Positions 52,448 through 64,000 of a stretch of DNA of 64,000 nt are shown piece after piece. Within the stretch, counting starts at the first letter, position 1. Each line of letters begins with the position of its first letter. The notes below the pieces were generated by a model. It worked only from the letters and a program-made list of their open reading frames with translations. It was not told the DNA's origin and searched no databases. The position numbers were made by a program, and so were the translations under genes. Source of the stretch: Nitrospirota bacterium. Lineage in GTDB: Bacteria; Nitrospirota; Nitrospiria; Nitrospirales; NS-4. The stretch covers positions 288,001 to 352,000 of the forward strand of contig CAWBGA010000017.1 of assembly GCA_963788195.1 (NCBI GenBank). Reading direction: 5' to 3'.

Positions 52448-54437
52448 CGATCAGGGACCAGGATTCCAGACAATCGCGCCGCACCTCATCCAGAAAACGC
52501 GACGGTTTCGACAGCACCATGCCTGACGCTCGATCGTAGACGTTGACCGGACAGGTCAAGAAAAGGTTCTGCTTGGCCCGCGTGATCGCGACATAAAACA
52601 ACCGTCGCTCCTCTTCCAAATCCTCCTCGGCCGCGAAGGAGTACAGTGACGGGAATTTGCCGTCTAGCACCCAGAGGATAAAGACCGAGTGCCATTCCAG
52701 GCCCTTGGCAGAGTGAATCGTAGAAAGGATCAAGCGTTCATCCTCCCGGTCGGCGGCGTGCACCCCTACGACGCTCTCATCAGGAGGCTCCAATGTCAGG
52801 TCGGCCAGAAACGTGTCCAGCGACTGGTAACGCTCCACGATTGTCTGCAGGTGCTCGAGGTCCTTCAGTCGCTTGGGGTAGTCATCGTACTGGATCTTGA
52901 GCAGCGGAAGGTAATACTCTAACATCGCCGCCAGGCACTCCCCGGGCGTCATGGCCGTTTCAGATACTTTCTCCAATGCCCGGACCAGGTCTGTCAGCCC
53001 TCTTCCAGTCGCGCCCTTTGTCGAAGCGATTCTCAACACGTCCAAGCCGTGACTTTCCTGGCGGAAAATTTCGCTGATCAGGTCCTGGCTTTTCTTGGGA
53101 CCAATGCCCTCAATCAAAAGTAACAAGCGATTCCAACTCACCGCGTCCCGGGGATTCTGAACGACGCGTAGGTGAGCCAGCACATCCTTGACATGCGCAG
53201 TTTCGATGAATCTGAAGCCGCCGCGTTTCACGAACGGAATGTTGCGCCGCGCGAGTTCGATTTCCAGATCGAAGGAGTGGAAACTGGAACGGAACAGGAC
53301 TGCGATCTCATCCAGCGGCGTGCCTTCTTCATGAATCTCCAGAATGCGCTGCGCGACAAATCGCGACTGTGCATTCTCATCAACGGCCATGGCCAGCACC
53401 GGCGTCGCCCCATGCTGTTTTCGCGTGAACAGGGTCTTGGGGTATTTCTCAGTGGCGAGTTCAATCACCTCGTTCGCCAGGCTCAGGATGGGCTGCGTGC
53501 TCCGGTAGTTCTCTTCCAGTTTGAACAGTTGGGTGCCGGGGAACAGCTTCGGAAAGTCCATAATATTGCGAAATGTCGCCCCGCGAAAGGCATAGATGGA
53601 CTGGGCGTCGTCTCCCACGGCCATCACATTGTCATGTGTACACGCCATTTTGCGCACAATTTCGGCCTGGAGGGCATTCGTGTCCTGATATTCATCGACC
53701 ATGATATATCGATGCGCATCGGAGACTCGGCGTCGGACCCCTTCATCGGCGTCCAATAATTCGCGCGTGCGGACCAGTAGGTCGTCGTAATCCACCAGGA
53801 GGCGCCGCCGTTTGTAGGCCTCGAATGCCTTGTGCAATTTACTCAGCTCTTCAATTTCCTCAGAGAATTGCGGGAACTCTCCCAGCACGACATGCTCTAA
53901 CGGAAGCAGCTTGTTGGCCGCCTTGCTGAACATCTCGTTGATTGTGTTCTTACGGGGAAAATGGCGTGTCTTGTCATGCAACCCGAGTTGCGTGCGCAGG
54001 AGATTAATGACATCCTCCGTATCCCCACGGTCCAGGATGGTGAAGCCCGGTTCCAGGCCGATCGCTCTCCCGTACCGCCGCAACAGGACGTTGGCGACGG
54101 AATGAAATGTCCCGCCATGCACCCCCTCACTCCGTGCCCCGATCAGAAGGCCGACCCGTTGAAGCATTTCTTGAGAAGCCTTTCGCGTGAAGGTCAGCAG
54201 CAAAATCGATCCCGGGGAAATTCCTGACTCGATCATACGCGCGACCCGGTAGACCAGGGTGCGTGTCTTGCCGCTGCCTGCCCCGGCGATCACGAGAACA
54301 GGCCCGCGCAAGGCGCACGCAGCCGCAAGTTGACCGGCGTTAAGGTCACCTTGATAATCGAGTGAGAAGGTCGGTTCCAGGTCCTCGCGCGGATCACGCG
54401 GACCATCCGCGTCACGCTTAAGAATGTAGGGTTTCAT
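52425..54437 (-). CDS. UvrD/Rep/PcrA family helicase
   Basis: AGAGSGKT, TFTRKA, VDEYQD, GDDAQSIYAFRGA, NYRST, TIHSAKGLEW, EERRLFYVAITRA; extended -10 TGTTATAAT just upstream of ATG 54437. Confidence 0.96.
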   Translation of the reverse strand: MKPYILKRDADGPRDPREDLEPTFSLDYQGDLNAGQLAAACALRGPVLVIAGAGSGKTRTLVYRVARMIESGISPGSILLLTFTRKASQEMLQRVGLLIGARSEGVHGGTFHSVANVLLRRYGRAIGLEPGFTILDRGDTEDVINLLRTQLGLHDKTRHFPRKNTINEMFSKAANKLLPLEHVVLGEFPQFSEEIEELSKLHKAFEAYKRRRLLVDYDDLLVRTRELLDADEGVRRRVSDAHRYIMVDEYQDTNALQAEIVRKMACTHDNVMAVGDDAQSIYAFRGATFRNIMDFPKLFPGTQLFKLEENYRSTQPILSLANEVIELATEKYPKTLFTRKQHGATPVLAMAVDENAQSRFVAQRILEIHEEGTPLDEIAVLFRSSFHSFDLEIELARRNIPFVKRGGFRFIETAHVKDVLAHLRVVQNPRDAVSWNRLLLLIEGIGPKKSQDLISEIFRQESHGLDVLRIASTKGATGRGLTDLVRALEKVSETAMTPGECLAAMLEYYLPLLKIQYDDYPKRLKDLEHLQTIVERYQSLDTFLADLTLEPPDESVVGVHAADREDERLILSTIHSAKGLEWHSVFILWVLDGKFPSLYSFAAEEDLEEERRLFYVAITRAKQNLFLTCPVNVYDRASGMVLSKPSRFLDEVRRDCLESWSLIDEDDRSY

Positions 54438-54522
54438 CGCCGCGTCATTATAACAGGTGGGCGTCTTGCCCACCCGCCAAAATGATTTTAAAGATGCGCT
54501 CTGGTAGAATCCTGTGGCGCGC

Positions 54523-55561
54523 ATGCCGAACGCTGCTATCCGCTTCCCGCTCCGCCTCATAGCCGCGACCCTCATCGTCGGAATCAGCCTCGACAGACCT
54601 TCCGTCGGCCCAAACCGATGCCTCGCCCACTCCGGTCACTGTGACGCGCTCACAATACCTTATGGGCACGCTCGTCGAAATCACGGCCGTCGCCCCGACG
54701 CCGGCCCTCGCTCAAATCGCCGTGAACGCGGGATTTCAGGAAATTCGCAGGCTGGAGGAACTTCTCAGTACGTGGTTACCAACGAGTGAGTTGTCCCGCG
54801 TCAACGCGGCGGCCGGCCGCGATTTCATGGCCGTGAGTAGCGACACCTTCGAACTGCTCACACGCTCAATTGAGATTTCCGAATTGACCCGTGGCGCATT
54901 CGACATTACCGTCGGCCCGGCCGTGCGCTTGTGGAAAGTCACGGAAGCCGCCCGCATCCCGACTCCCCTGGAACTGGAAATCGCCGCGCAATATGTCGAT
55001 TACCATCTGTTGCGACTGGATGCAGAGACGCAAGCGGTGTTGTTACAAAAACCCGGGATGCAACTTGATGTTGGCGGAATCGGCAAAGGGTATGCCGCGG
55101 ATCGCGCTGTCGCCGTCATGAAAAAATCGGGCGCCACAGGGGCACTTGTTGCTCTCTCGGGCGACTTTCGCATCTTCGGCCGCCGCGCGGACGGCAGTGC
55201 CTGGCCGGTCGGCATTCAACACCCTCGTCGCCCTGACAGGGTCCTGGTTACCCTGGAGTCGGTCGATGAAGCAATCTCAACATCCGGCGATTACGAGCGT
55301 TTCTTCTTTAAAGATGGAGTCCGCTACCACCATATCCTGGATCCTCAAACCCTTATGCCCGCCCGGCGCTGCCAAAGCGTCACGATTGTCAGCCCCGACG
55401 CCACGACTGCCGATGGCCTGGCGACCGGCGTATTCGTGATGGGTCCGGAAGAAGGACTTGCCCTCGTCGAGAAACTGGGTGTCGGCGCCGTGATTGTAGA
55501 CGCACAGGGAGCCGTCCTCGTGTCGTCGCTCCTGCGGAATCGAGTTCATGTGAATCCGTAG
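54523..55561 (+). CDS. apbE: FAD:protein FMN transferase (N-terminal frameshift near 54620)
   Basis: MGT, SELSRVN, GAFDITVGP, DVGGIGKGYAAD, STSGDYE, YHHILDP, ADGLAT. Confidence 0.93.
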
Positions 55562-55700
55562 CATAAACCTTGCAAAATCGAGGCTGACCCACACTTTAGA
55601 GATGGGACTCTCTCTAAGAGATGGACCATTCTTGGGTAGACGTCGGTTGCCTTTCGAGGCCCGTTTTTGATAAACTACCTACGCTGCTATTGGAGGTTCC

Positions 55701-57864
55701 TTGAACGGCCACAATATCCCTCTCCCGCCCGCTCCGTTGCACCTTCCACCGTCTCTGATTCGCCTCTGGGAAGTCGCACATAATCTATGGTGGAGCTGGC
55801 ATCCCGAAGCCCGAGCGCTTTTTGAAGCGCTCGACCGGACCCAGTGGAAGCTGACCTCGCACAACCCGGTCAGGATGCTGCGCGAGATCAGTTCTGTCGC
55901 GCGTCGCCGCTGTGGCGGGGGATCCCGCATTCCATCGCCGCTACGACGCCGTTCTGCTCGCGTTCGATGAGTACATGGAGGGGCGCAACACCTGGTTCGC
56001 CCGCAAGCATCCTGAGATGGCGGACAGCCTGGTCGCCTATTTCTCGGCCGAGTTCGGCTTGCACCAGTCCCTTCCGATCTATAGCGGCGGGCTGGGTATA
56101 CTGGCCGGCGACCACTGCAAGGAATCCAGCGACTTAGGCGTGCCCCTCGTGGGGATTGGTTTTCTGTACCCTCAGGGGTACTTCCACCAGCGCATTTCCG
56201 CTGACGGCTGGCAGCAAGCCAAGTATGAATCGTTCTCCCTGTCCAATACTGCCATCCGGCCGGCGATCTCGGCCGACGGTCAGAGAATAGTCGTGCAGGT
56301 GCCTTTGGCCGAGCGGACCATCGATGTGACAGTCTGGAAGGTGGACGTAGGCCGGGTTTCACTCTATTTAATGGATACCAATGTTGAATCGAACGAGCCC
56401 TGGGATCGGGAGCTCTCGGCCCGCTTGTACGGGGGCGATCAGGAAAATCGAATCCTGCAGGAGATCGTCCTGGGGATCGGTGGCGTGCGGATCTTACATG
56501 CGCTCGGCCTTCGTCCCACCGTCTTTCATGCCAACGAAGGCCATGCCGCGTTTCTGATGTTGGAACGGCTCCGTGAGTATCGCGAAGGCGGGCTTTCGTT
56601 CGAAGACGCCGTCGAAGCGGTGCGCGCCTCCACGGTCTTTACCACTCATACGCCCGTGCCGGCAGGCCATGATGCCTTTCCGTTTGCGATGATGGAGAAG
56701 TACTTCACACAGTTCTACACCGGCTTGGGGATTAGCCGAGAACAGTTCCTCGAGCTGGGCCGCGCCAGTGGATCGAACGACAGCACGTTCAACATGACAG
56801 TGTTGGCCATGCAGTTGAGCGGCCATCGCAACGGCGTCAGCAGTTTGCATGGTGAGATCTCCCGGCAAATGTGGGGGCACCTGTGGCCCGGTGTTTCCGA
56901 GGACAAGGTACCGATCGGCAGCGTGACGAACGGCATCCACGTACCCACCTGGATTGCGCCGGAGATGCGTCGTCTGTATGCCAAGTACATTGCACCGGAC
57001 TGGATGTCGCACCATGAGAATGCCACGTTATGGGAGAGGGTTGGAGACATTCCCGACACGGAACTGTGGAACGTCCGGCTGGTATTAAAGCGAAAATTGC
57101 TCGCGCATGTGAACGGCTGCGCCCGCGAGCGCTGGATCCACGGGGAGGTCGATCCGACGCAAGTCCTGGCGTCCGGAACCTTACTTGAGGCCCAGACCTT
57201 GACGATAGGGTTTGCGCGCCGTTTCGCGACCTACAAGCGCGCCAGCCTGTTGTTCAGTAATCCCGAGCGACTTAAACGTTTGCTCCAGGATCCATGGCGG
57301 CCGGTGCAGATCATCTTTGCCGGAAAGGCCCATCCGGCCGACGAACCCGGCAAGTATCTGATCCACCAGGTGTACTCCATGGCGAAAGACCATGGCTTCG
57401 GCGGCCACATCGCCTTTGTCGAAGACTATGAAATCCACACGGCGAAGTTTCTGGTCCACGGCGTCGATGTGTGGCTGAATACGCCCAGGGCGCCCCTGGA
57501 AGCCTGCGGAACGAGCGGCCAGAAAGCAGCCATCAACGGGGTGCCGCACTTAAGCGTGCTTGATGGCTGGTGGGCAGAAGGCTATAACGGCGCAAACGGA
57601 TGGGCCATCGGCGGCCCCGAATTCGATGCGGACCCCGCTGCCCAGGATGCTGCCGATACAGAAGCGCTATTTCAGATACTTGAGAACGAAGTGGTCCCGC
57701 TCTACTACGCTCGCGACGCAGACGGCGTCCCTCGCGGGTGGCTCGGCGTGATACGCGAGACAATACGAAGCATTAGCCCGCGTTTCTGCGCGCGCCGCAT
57801 GGTCACAGAATACACTGAACAGCTGTACATCCCAGCCTCTCAGCAAAGCCCCTCCCGCCGATAG
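55701..57864 (+). CDS. glgP: alpha-glucan phosphorylase (frameshift near 55900)
   Basis: NLWWSW, YFSAEFG, YSGGLG.LAGDH, NEGH, FARRFATYKR, EACGTSGQKAA.NG. Confidence 0.95.
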
Positions 57865-58069
57865 CCCCCAAAAGGGGATCAGGCTACTTTGTTATCCAGA
57901 GCATTGCGAGCGATAGCCGACCTGTCTACTAGAGCTTCATGCGAGTCTACTACGGCCGTGAGGCTGCTCATTGCAGGAATGCAAGGAATGCCTTTGACTG
58001 GCGAAGGCTCAGAATGACAATATGATTAGGTCTCTTGCCTTGTACGGAAGGAGCACTGCAAGCAGCGAG

Positions 58070-58741
58070 CTATAGTTTGAGGCGCTTTACGTGTCCTTTT
58101 TCACCGTCGGCAGGCTTGGCTCGGACCACGATCTTCGCCTGCGTTTCGCTCTCCCCGTTTCTCACGAGAATGACGGTCTCTCCGAGATTCACAGCCGTCA
58201 CGATGCCGTTGGGATCGACCATGGCGATGTCGGTATCGCGGCTCATGTAGGTCGTGCCATAGAGCTTGGCTGAGATGATCCGCACAGTGCCGTCCGGAAA
58301 CTCGCCGATGACCTGAAGGTTTTGCTGTTCACCAATGCCTTCCAGGACCAGCCTACGTTGCTCTGCGTGGATCCGGAGCGAAATAAGAGGGAGTACCGGC
58401 GGGAGCTGGACATTGACGTTCACGGCGGCTGTGCTCACCACATTCTTGCTGTTAATACTGAGGACCTCCAACGGAATGGATCCAAAGGCATCGCCGCGAA
58501 GCTTGATTCGTTGCTCAAAGAATCCCGTCGTGTCGTTATATTTCATCGACTCTTCGGAACCTGACAGGTAGACCCTCACGATGTCATCATCGGGGCTCGG
58601 CTGCACCTGAATGACGACCTCCGAGCCCAATGGGATGTCCGCGCCGTCTTTTGGGAAAACAATTTCAACGGCGCGCGAAGGAACGGGCAGGAAGAGCGCC
58701 CCGAGCAGTCCCCCAAGGAACAGTCGCCGGAAGATAGTCAT
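58070..58741 (-). CDS. exported protein with bacterial Ig-like (Big_2-type) domain
   Basis: Signal peptide; Y.S.D..IA.VDPNG.VTAV..G.T.I.V. Confidence 0.75.
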   Translation of the reverse strand: MTIFRRLFLGGLLGALFLPVPSRAVEIVFPKDGADIPLGSEVVIQVQPSPDDDIVRVYLSGSEESMKYNDTTGFFEQRIKLRGDAFGSIPLEVLSINSKNVVSTAAVNVNVQLPPVLPLISLRIHAEQRRLVLEGIGEQQNLQVIGEFPDGTVRIISAKLYGTTYMSRDTDIAMVDPNGIVTAVNLGETVILVRNGESETQAKIVVRAKPADGEKGHVKRLKL

Positions 58742-58790
58742 GAAAAAAGATTACCGAAAAAGTGGACGGTGGTCAAGATTCATCAAGCGT

Positions 58791-60720
58791 CTACATCTCT
58801 TGGATGAATTTTGCCGCGTAGGAGCGGACTTCGTGGCCGTTCAGGACATGGAAGCGTCGCAGACGATCCACGGTCTGCCTGGAAAAACGCCCGAGCGGAA
58901 TTGGAATCAGTTGTTTTTGAAAATGCCGGGCCATCAATCGCCAACGGGCCGGAGGTCGAACCGGCGAGATGACCGCGACATGCCTCTCCTGCGAATGCAG
59001 CAGCGCGCCGCCCAAGAGGCGCTCCTCGAGACTGCCGACGGACGAGACGGGGATCGGTCCAGATGTCGGGTATCGGGCGCGGCGGAAACAGGAACATCGC
59101 CCCGCCGTAAATGGATTGGCCGATGCCCGGCCCAATCAGACTTTCCCGGAAGGGTGTCGCGAAAAAAGACAGCGTCGACTCCGCCCCGTGTTCCGCAAAC
59201 CATGTCGCTTGCCAGGAATACTTCTCAGGATCCGCAGGCGTGTCGAACAGGAATACCACCACCTCGATGCTTCCCCGTGCGGGGGGGATATCCTTTACAT
59301 AGATTTCGCGCTTATGCCAGTGCCTCAGCGTTTCCCGGACATCGATGCCGTCTTTCACCGAGGTTGTAAACTTTTCCGTCCGTGCCAGATCCGCGCCAAT
59401 CAATGCCTTCGCCTGATCGCGGACATGCAGGTTGAACGATTCGATACGGCTGTCCTCGGGTGGCCAGGAGCATTGTCTTTGGGGATTCCACCGCTGCGCC
59501 CATACTCGGCTCTTGACCGGAGTTGGTTTGGGCTTTAGTTGGAGCGTTCTCCACGTCTGGGACGGTCCGGGAAGCCGGCTTTTCATGCGCGCGATGGTAC
59601 CGTCCGGAAACTCGGCCTGGCCGATGCCGAACGTCATTGCTTGAGTGATTGCCTGGCTCCATGCTTCATCTTCGTCCTGGGGGTCGCCGTAGTCCTTAGC
59701 GGTTTCAATTAATGTCACCGCGAATTGATCGCCCCCGATCTGCTTTGCCGCTGTCGCCAAGGTGTAGAGATCTGGCGTCAGCCTACGGTCCAATAAAGCG
59801 AGGTTTCGTACATAGCGGAGATAGATTTGAAGCCGCTGTGGAGTGATCCAGTCTCCCAGGGGAGTAGATGTTTTTTTATCGGACATCCATCGCGTTCGCG
59901 TTTCCAGCAGCAGCTCCTTGACCCCGTCAACAGACAAATGTCGATCTGAGCGGAGTTCGGCGCGTCGCTTTTCATACAGTGCCGTGATAAACGGCAGCTC
60001 GCCAAGGACAAAATACAAACTGCCGGCCGAGACCCTGTAAGTCTCTGGCCCCGCCACCGGCAACTCCGGCATACGATAAGGAGTTCGCTCGAGGTATGCC
60101 TCCCGCACATATGGCCAGTCCTGAAGAGGACATAATGCCAGGACGGCCTCATAATCAAGTTCGAGCTCATGCAAACGGAACGCCATCCAGGCAATCCGCG
60201 CTTCGCGCTGGCTTCCAGGGGCGGGCCGTGCCGCCGACGGGAGCGCGGCCGCCGCGTAGGCTGCCACTGATACGGTTTTGAGCATGTAGGGGTCTGGGAG
60301 GTGGATCGGGTCAGGCTCATAGTTGTGCACATCGCGATCGATATAGGCGCGTCGGATACCTTCGCCTATCGCGACGCGCACCCCCATGATAACCCCCTGG
60401 CAGGGATCAATCGGCACAAAGCTGGCGATGGGTGACGGAGGCGTAGGCGTTTCTTCAGCCAAGGGGGTAATCTGCGCGGCATAGTCGTCAGGGTCTTCGC
60501 GCAGGACGACGACCGAGACAGTGGGCAGATCGCCAATCGCAGCTTCAACCGCCTGGCTCACGGATTCAGGCAGTGGCACCGCGAGACAGTCGTACTGCCG
60601 AGCAATCAGCGTTTCACGGACTTCTTGCGCCATATCGCCGTTCGCATGAACAATCGGCAAGATTTCGATCCGCGGCGAAAGACGAAGGACCGACTCAGTT
60701 GCCGCAGAGCGCATCACCAC
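58791..60720 (-). CDS. hypothetical partner of the MoxR-like ATPase (frameshift near 59040)
   Basis: ~640-aa ORF 5 nt downstream of the AAA gene; shifted frame ends HVLNGHEVRSYAAKFIQEM*. Confidence 0.75.
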
Positions 60721-60725
60721 GGCGG

Positions 60726-61685
60726 TCAGCGATCGGGATGGAGGGGATCGTTGTCTTCAAAAAAGAAATCGCCGAGGCCGCGCAAAGACCCTTGCTCTCC
60801 GAGCGCGCGGGCTCGGCCTCTCGACAAAGCGCCCAGATCGCGGGCTTCCTCGCCGAGCACTTGAATGAGAGACTCCTGCCAGGCAGAGTCCTTCGACATC
60901 GGATGCTGCGGATCCTGAGCGAGCCGCTTCAGAGCATATTGAAGGATGTGGATACCATCGCGGACCGAGAAGTCGAGGTCAAGTCCGTGTGCCTCCTGCA
61001 GAAACCCGACGGTCAAGGCCAGAAGGTCGGCGGGAGCGAACGGAAGATGATACTTCAAGATCGCCATCTCGTCGTGCTTATTGGGAAAGCCTAGGTGCAG
61101 GGTTGGCTGAAGTCTCGACATAATGTAGTCCGGGACCTCATACGTCGAGGCATCCTCATTCATGGTGACACAGCAGCGGAATTCGGGATCGGCCTTGATC
61201 TGGGCCCCGGCCACGATCGATTCCACGAATCGTCGCTGATCCAACAAGGGCGCGAGCGACGCCCAGGACTTCTCGTTCATACGATTGCCTTCATCCAGAA
61301 CGCATGCGCCGCCCGTGAGCATGGCGGTGACAAGCGCCGAGGCGTGGTAGGCGATCTTGCCCGACTCGGCAAGGACAGGGGTGACGAGCAGATCTTCCGG
61401 GCGCGTATCGGCCGTGCACTGAAAAATATAGAGATCCTGCTTTCGGGCGTCGGCAGCGGCCATGGCCAGGGTGGTCTTCCCCACACCGGGAACGCCTGTG
61501 ATCCGGGGCGACAACGGTAAATCCTTCTCATCAATCACAAGCCAGCAGGCCAGCAACTGCGTGAGGACTTCTCGCTGGCCGATCCAACTGCGCGAGGTTG
61601 CGTCGGCATGGGCGAGATGCAAGGTCACACCGCCGACCTCAATAGTCCGGGCTGCGGAGCGTTGAAGGCCTCGGTCGGAAGACAT
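60726..61685 (-). CDS. MoxR/AAA_5 family ATPase
   Basis: [27 protein letters not shown]....TMN. Confidence 0.9.
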   Translation of the reverse strand: MSSDRGLQRSAARTIEVGGVTLHLAHADATSRSWIGQREVLTQLLACWLVIDEKDLPLSPRITGVPGVGKTTLAMAAADARKQDLYIFQCTADTRPEDLLVTPVLAESGKIAYHASALVTAMLTGGACVLDEGNRMNEKSWASLAPLLDQRRFVESIVAGAQIKADPEFRCCVTMNEDASTYEVPDYIMSRLQPTLHLGFPNKHDEMAILKYHLPFAPADLLALTVGFLQEAHGLDLDFSVRDGIHILQYALKRLAQDPQHPMSKDSAWQESLIQVLGEEARDLGALSRGRARALGEQGSLRGLGDFFFEDNDPLHPDR

Positions 61686-61799
61686 CCGGAAAACCTACCA
61701 TAGGGTCTGTGCAGCGTCAAATTAAGGCTTTTCCGGGAGATGCGAATCCTGCGAAGGATCGTGTATGATACGCGGCAGACGTTCAACGCGAGGAACACC

Positions 61800-62066
61800 A
61801 TGGCCGAATCATCATCATCCTCCCAGGGGGCGAAGCCCAAAGAAGCGCCGGATACGATCCAATTGATCAATGTTGTGGTGGTCCGAGATGGGGAAATGGT
61901 GAGCTCGCGGTGGGGAATACATCCGCAACTCAAGCGCGATCTGGCCCCGCCTGAGTGGCAGGAACTCAACGACCATATGAACCGCGTCGTGGCCATTGTC
62001 GGATCAAAATTTGCCGAACAACTGTCGAAGCATGAAGGAAACATCCCCGGGCAAGGTACCGCCTGA
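61800..62066 (+). CDS. hypothetical protein
   Basis: ATG 61800 with GAGGA RBS; TGATG overlap with next ORF. Confidence 0.7.
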   Translation: MAESSSSSQGAKPKEAPDTIQLINVVVVRDGEMVSSRWGIHPQLKRDLAPPEWQELNDHMNRVVAIVGSKFAEQLSKHEGNIPGQGTA

Positions 62067-62776
62067 TGGAATCGGTCAACGGGAACGAGATTATTTCGTG
62101 TCCGAACGCCCAGTGCGGTCAGCAGCTCCGAATCCCCGCCGACGAAATGTTGATGGTCACGTGCCCCAGCTGCCAGGCAAGTTTCACTCACCGTCCACAG
62201 GGCAAACGGATCTCACAAGAGTTTCGAACAAAGTCATGGACGCTTGGCGAGCTCATGATCGCCATTTCCCGGGAATCCATGACGCTCTTGAAGCGACAGG
62301 CTCCGAATGCTCTTGGAACGTTGGAACGCAAGCAGGAGTGGGAAGGTTTTGTGGAGTTTCTGAAGGTCCTTTTCAATCTCGTCGATCGGGTAGCCACTCT
62401 GTACATCCCTATGAGTGAATATCTTCAATTCCTGGACGCTGTCGAGGACGCGGTGATCGACCAAATGAACAACGCATTTCGCAAGCAGGCCGGAGTTGCA
62501 TACGATGAGACCCCGTTGAAGATCTCGATCTCGGCCGCTTTTGAGACGGCGCAGAAGTTTTACCAGCCTCACCGTTTCATGATCACCGACGAAGGCCCCG
62601 ACCGGGATCGATACTTGACGACATTCGGAGAAGCCGTGGCAAACGTGTTGGGTCTCAAAGGAAACAAAATGATCGTGACCACGGCATCCATGTGCGCTGG
62701 CTCCAGCATTGCCGCCATTAAAGCCCTGTTGGAATCCAGCGAAGGCCGCGGTCCCTCCCCCTCCGGCACTGCCTAG
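62066..62776 (+). CDS. hypothetical protein with N-terminal zinc ribbon
   Basis: CPNAQCGQQLRIP...CPSC. Confidence 0.75.
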   Translation: MESVNGNEIISCPNAQCGQQLRIPADEMLMVTCPSCQASFTHRPQGKRISQEFRTKSWTLGELMIAISRESMTLLKRQAPNALGTLERKQEWEGFVEFLKVLFNLVDRVATLYIPMSEYLQFLDAVEDAVIDQMNNAFRKQAGVAYDETPLKISISAAFETAQKFYQPHRFMITDEGPDRDRYLTTFGEAVANVLGLKGNKMIVTTASMCAGSSIAAIKALLESSEGRGPSPSGTA

Positions 62777-62816
62777 GCAGCGGCAGAACTCGGTAAATCG
62801 ACTCTGACCCCTTATC

Positions 62817-64000
62817 GTGATTCGGCGGACGCTCACTAACCGTAACTTCGCGCTTTTCTTGACCGGACAGGGACTCTCCCTGTGCGGAACCTGGATGCAA
62901 AGTCTCGCTCAGAGTTGGCTCATCTACCGGCTTACCGGCTCTCCCCTGCTGCTTGGCATGGTCGGGTTCGTCGGGCAGGCTCCCATCCTGGCACTTGGGC
63001 TGCTCGGCGGGGTCCTTGCTGATCGCTGGCCCCGCCGAGAGCTTCTGCTCATGACACAGACCTTCGCGCTCATCCAAGCCGGACTTCTCGCGGCGCTGAC
63101 ACTGAGCGGCCACATCACGGTAGGGTGGATTATGGCGCTCGCCGGGCTTCTCGGAATTATTAATGCTGTGGACATGCCGGTGCGGCAATCCTTCATCGCC
63201 GACCTTGTGCCACGCGCTGATCTCTCCTCTGCCATCGGCCTTAATTCTTCCGTCTTCAACGCGGCCCGGATCATCGGCCCTTCCGCCGCAGGGTTTCTTG
63301 TCGCAGCGGTCGGGGAAGGCGTCTGCTTCTTGATCAATGCCCTGAGCTTTCTCGCGGTGATCGGATGCCTGCTGGCGATACGAGTTCCCCGAAAGTCATC
63401 GACCACGCACGCTCCCGCCATCGCCTTCCTGGCAGAAGGCCTTCGCTACGCACGGAACACCCCGCACGTCCGGGCAACTCTGGGTCTTATTGCGGTATTG
63501 AGTCTGACGGCGATGCCGTACACGATATTGCTGCCCGTGTTTGCCGCCGAGGTTCTCCACAGCAATGCCGACGGCCTGGGGTTACTGATGGCAGCGACGG
63601 GCATCGGGGCCTTGGCCGGCGCCTTGCGCATCGCGCGGCGCACCACAGTGCGAGGCCTGGGGCGGCTGATCGCGAAGGCTGGGCTCTTGTTCGGGCTGAG
63701 CCTCTTGGCTCTGGCCGCAAGCACAGCTTTATGGCTCGCGATATTCGTTCTGCTTGCAGTCGGTTATGCCATGATTACGGGTATGGCGGGCTGCAACACA
63801 CTTTTGCAGTCACTCGTTCCGGACCATCTACGTGGGCGCGTGATGAGTCTCTACACGCTCTTCTTTCTCGGCACGGCGCCGATCGGAAGCCTCATAGCCG
63901 GAGCCATGGCAGCGCACGTTGGAACACCGATCACCATCGCCGCCGGGGGAGTCGGCGCGATCCTCGGGGCTGTCGTGTTCTGGCACGCGTTGCCCGGCAT
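62817..64000 (+). CDS. MFS transporter, runs off the window (absent from ORF track)
   Basis: RNFALFLTGQGLSLCGTWMQ, GG.LADRWPRR, DMPVRQSF, AIGLNS..FN.ARIIGP, PDHLRGRVMS. Confidence 0.9.
   Translation, partial: MIRRTLTNRNFALFLTGQGLSLCGTWMQSLAQSWLIYRLTGSPLLLGMVGFVGQAPILALGLLGGVLADRWPRRELLLMTQTFALIQAGLLAALTLSGHITVGWIMALAGLLGIINAVDMPVRQSFIADLVPRADLSSAIGLNSSVFNAARIIGPSAAGFLVAAVGEGVCFLINALSFLAVIGCLLAIRVPRKSSTTHAPAIAFLAEGLRYARNTPHVRATLGLIAVLSLTAMPYTILLPVFAAEVLHSNADGLGLLMAATGIGALAGALRIARRTTVRGLGRLIAKAGLLFGLSLLALAASTALWLAIFVLLAVGYAMITGMAGCNTLLQSLVPDHLRGRVMSLYTLFFLGTAPIGSLIAGAMAAHVGTPITIAAGGVGAILGAVVFWHALPG

Overview
A GC-rich bacterial chromosome segment. Gene content and order suggest Nitrospirota; this is an inference, no search was run. 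Housekeeping and metabolic blocks: a lipid/beta-oxidation operon with patatin and GDPD (0.4-9.5 kb); lhgO; fmt-rpe-pheS-pheT (archaeal-type PheRS) converging on thrS-infC-rpmI-rplT; clpB; a CymR-like regulated sulfate-assimilation operon followed by Mrp; anmK; a collapsed gnd plus zwf; a Zn/Mn ABC transporter; a UvrD-family helicase; apbE; glgP; a MoxR-type AAA pair; an MFS transporter. A variable stress/metal region (10.7-19.9 kb) holds SOD, an unannotated 44-aa metallothionein, SmbP and an AT-rich RRM + PP-loop pair. Highlights: (1) tRNA-fMet is split by a 658-nt group I intron encoding an I-Ssp6803I-like PD-(D/E)XK homing endonuclease. (2) A family of ~48-50-nt intergenic elements (GGG - A-rich linker - covarying stem with a conserved UCUYGG loop - GGGNGGGNGGG) always lies G-rich on the mRNA strand and is repeatedly nested inside the loop of other copies. 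(3) A decayed att-like duplicate of the tRNA-Val 3' half lies 543 bp from the gene. At least 14 genes, including essential pheT, carry frameshifts that are most likely assembly indels.
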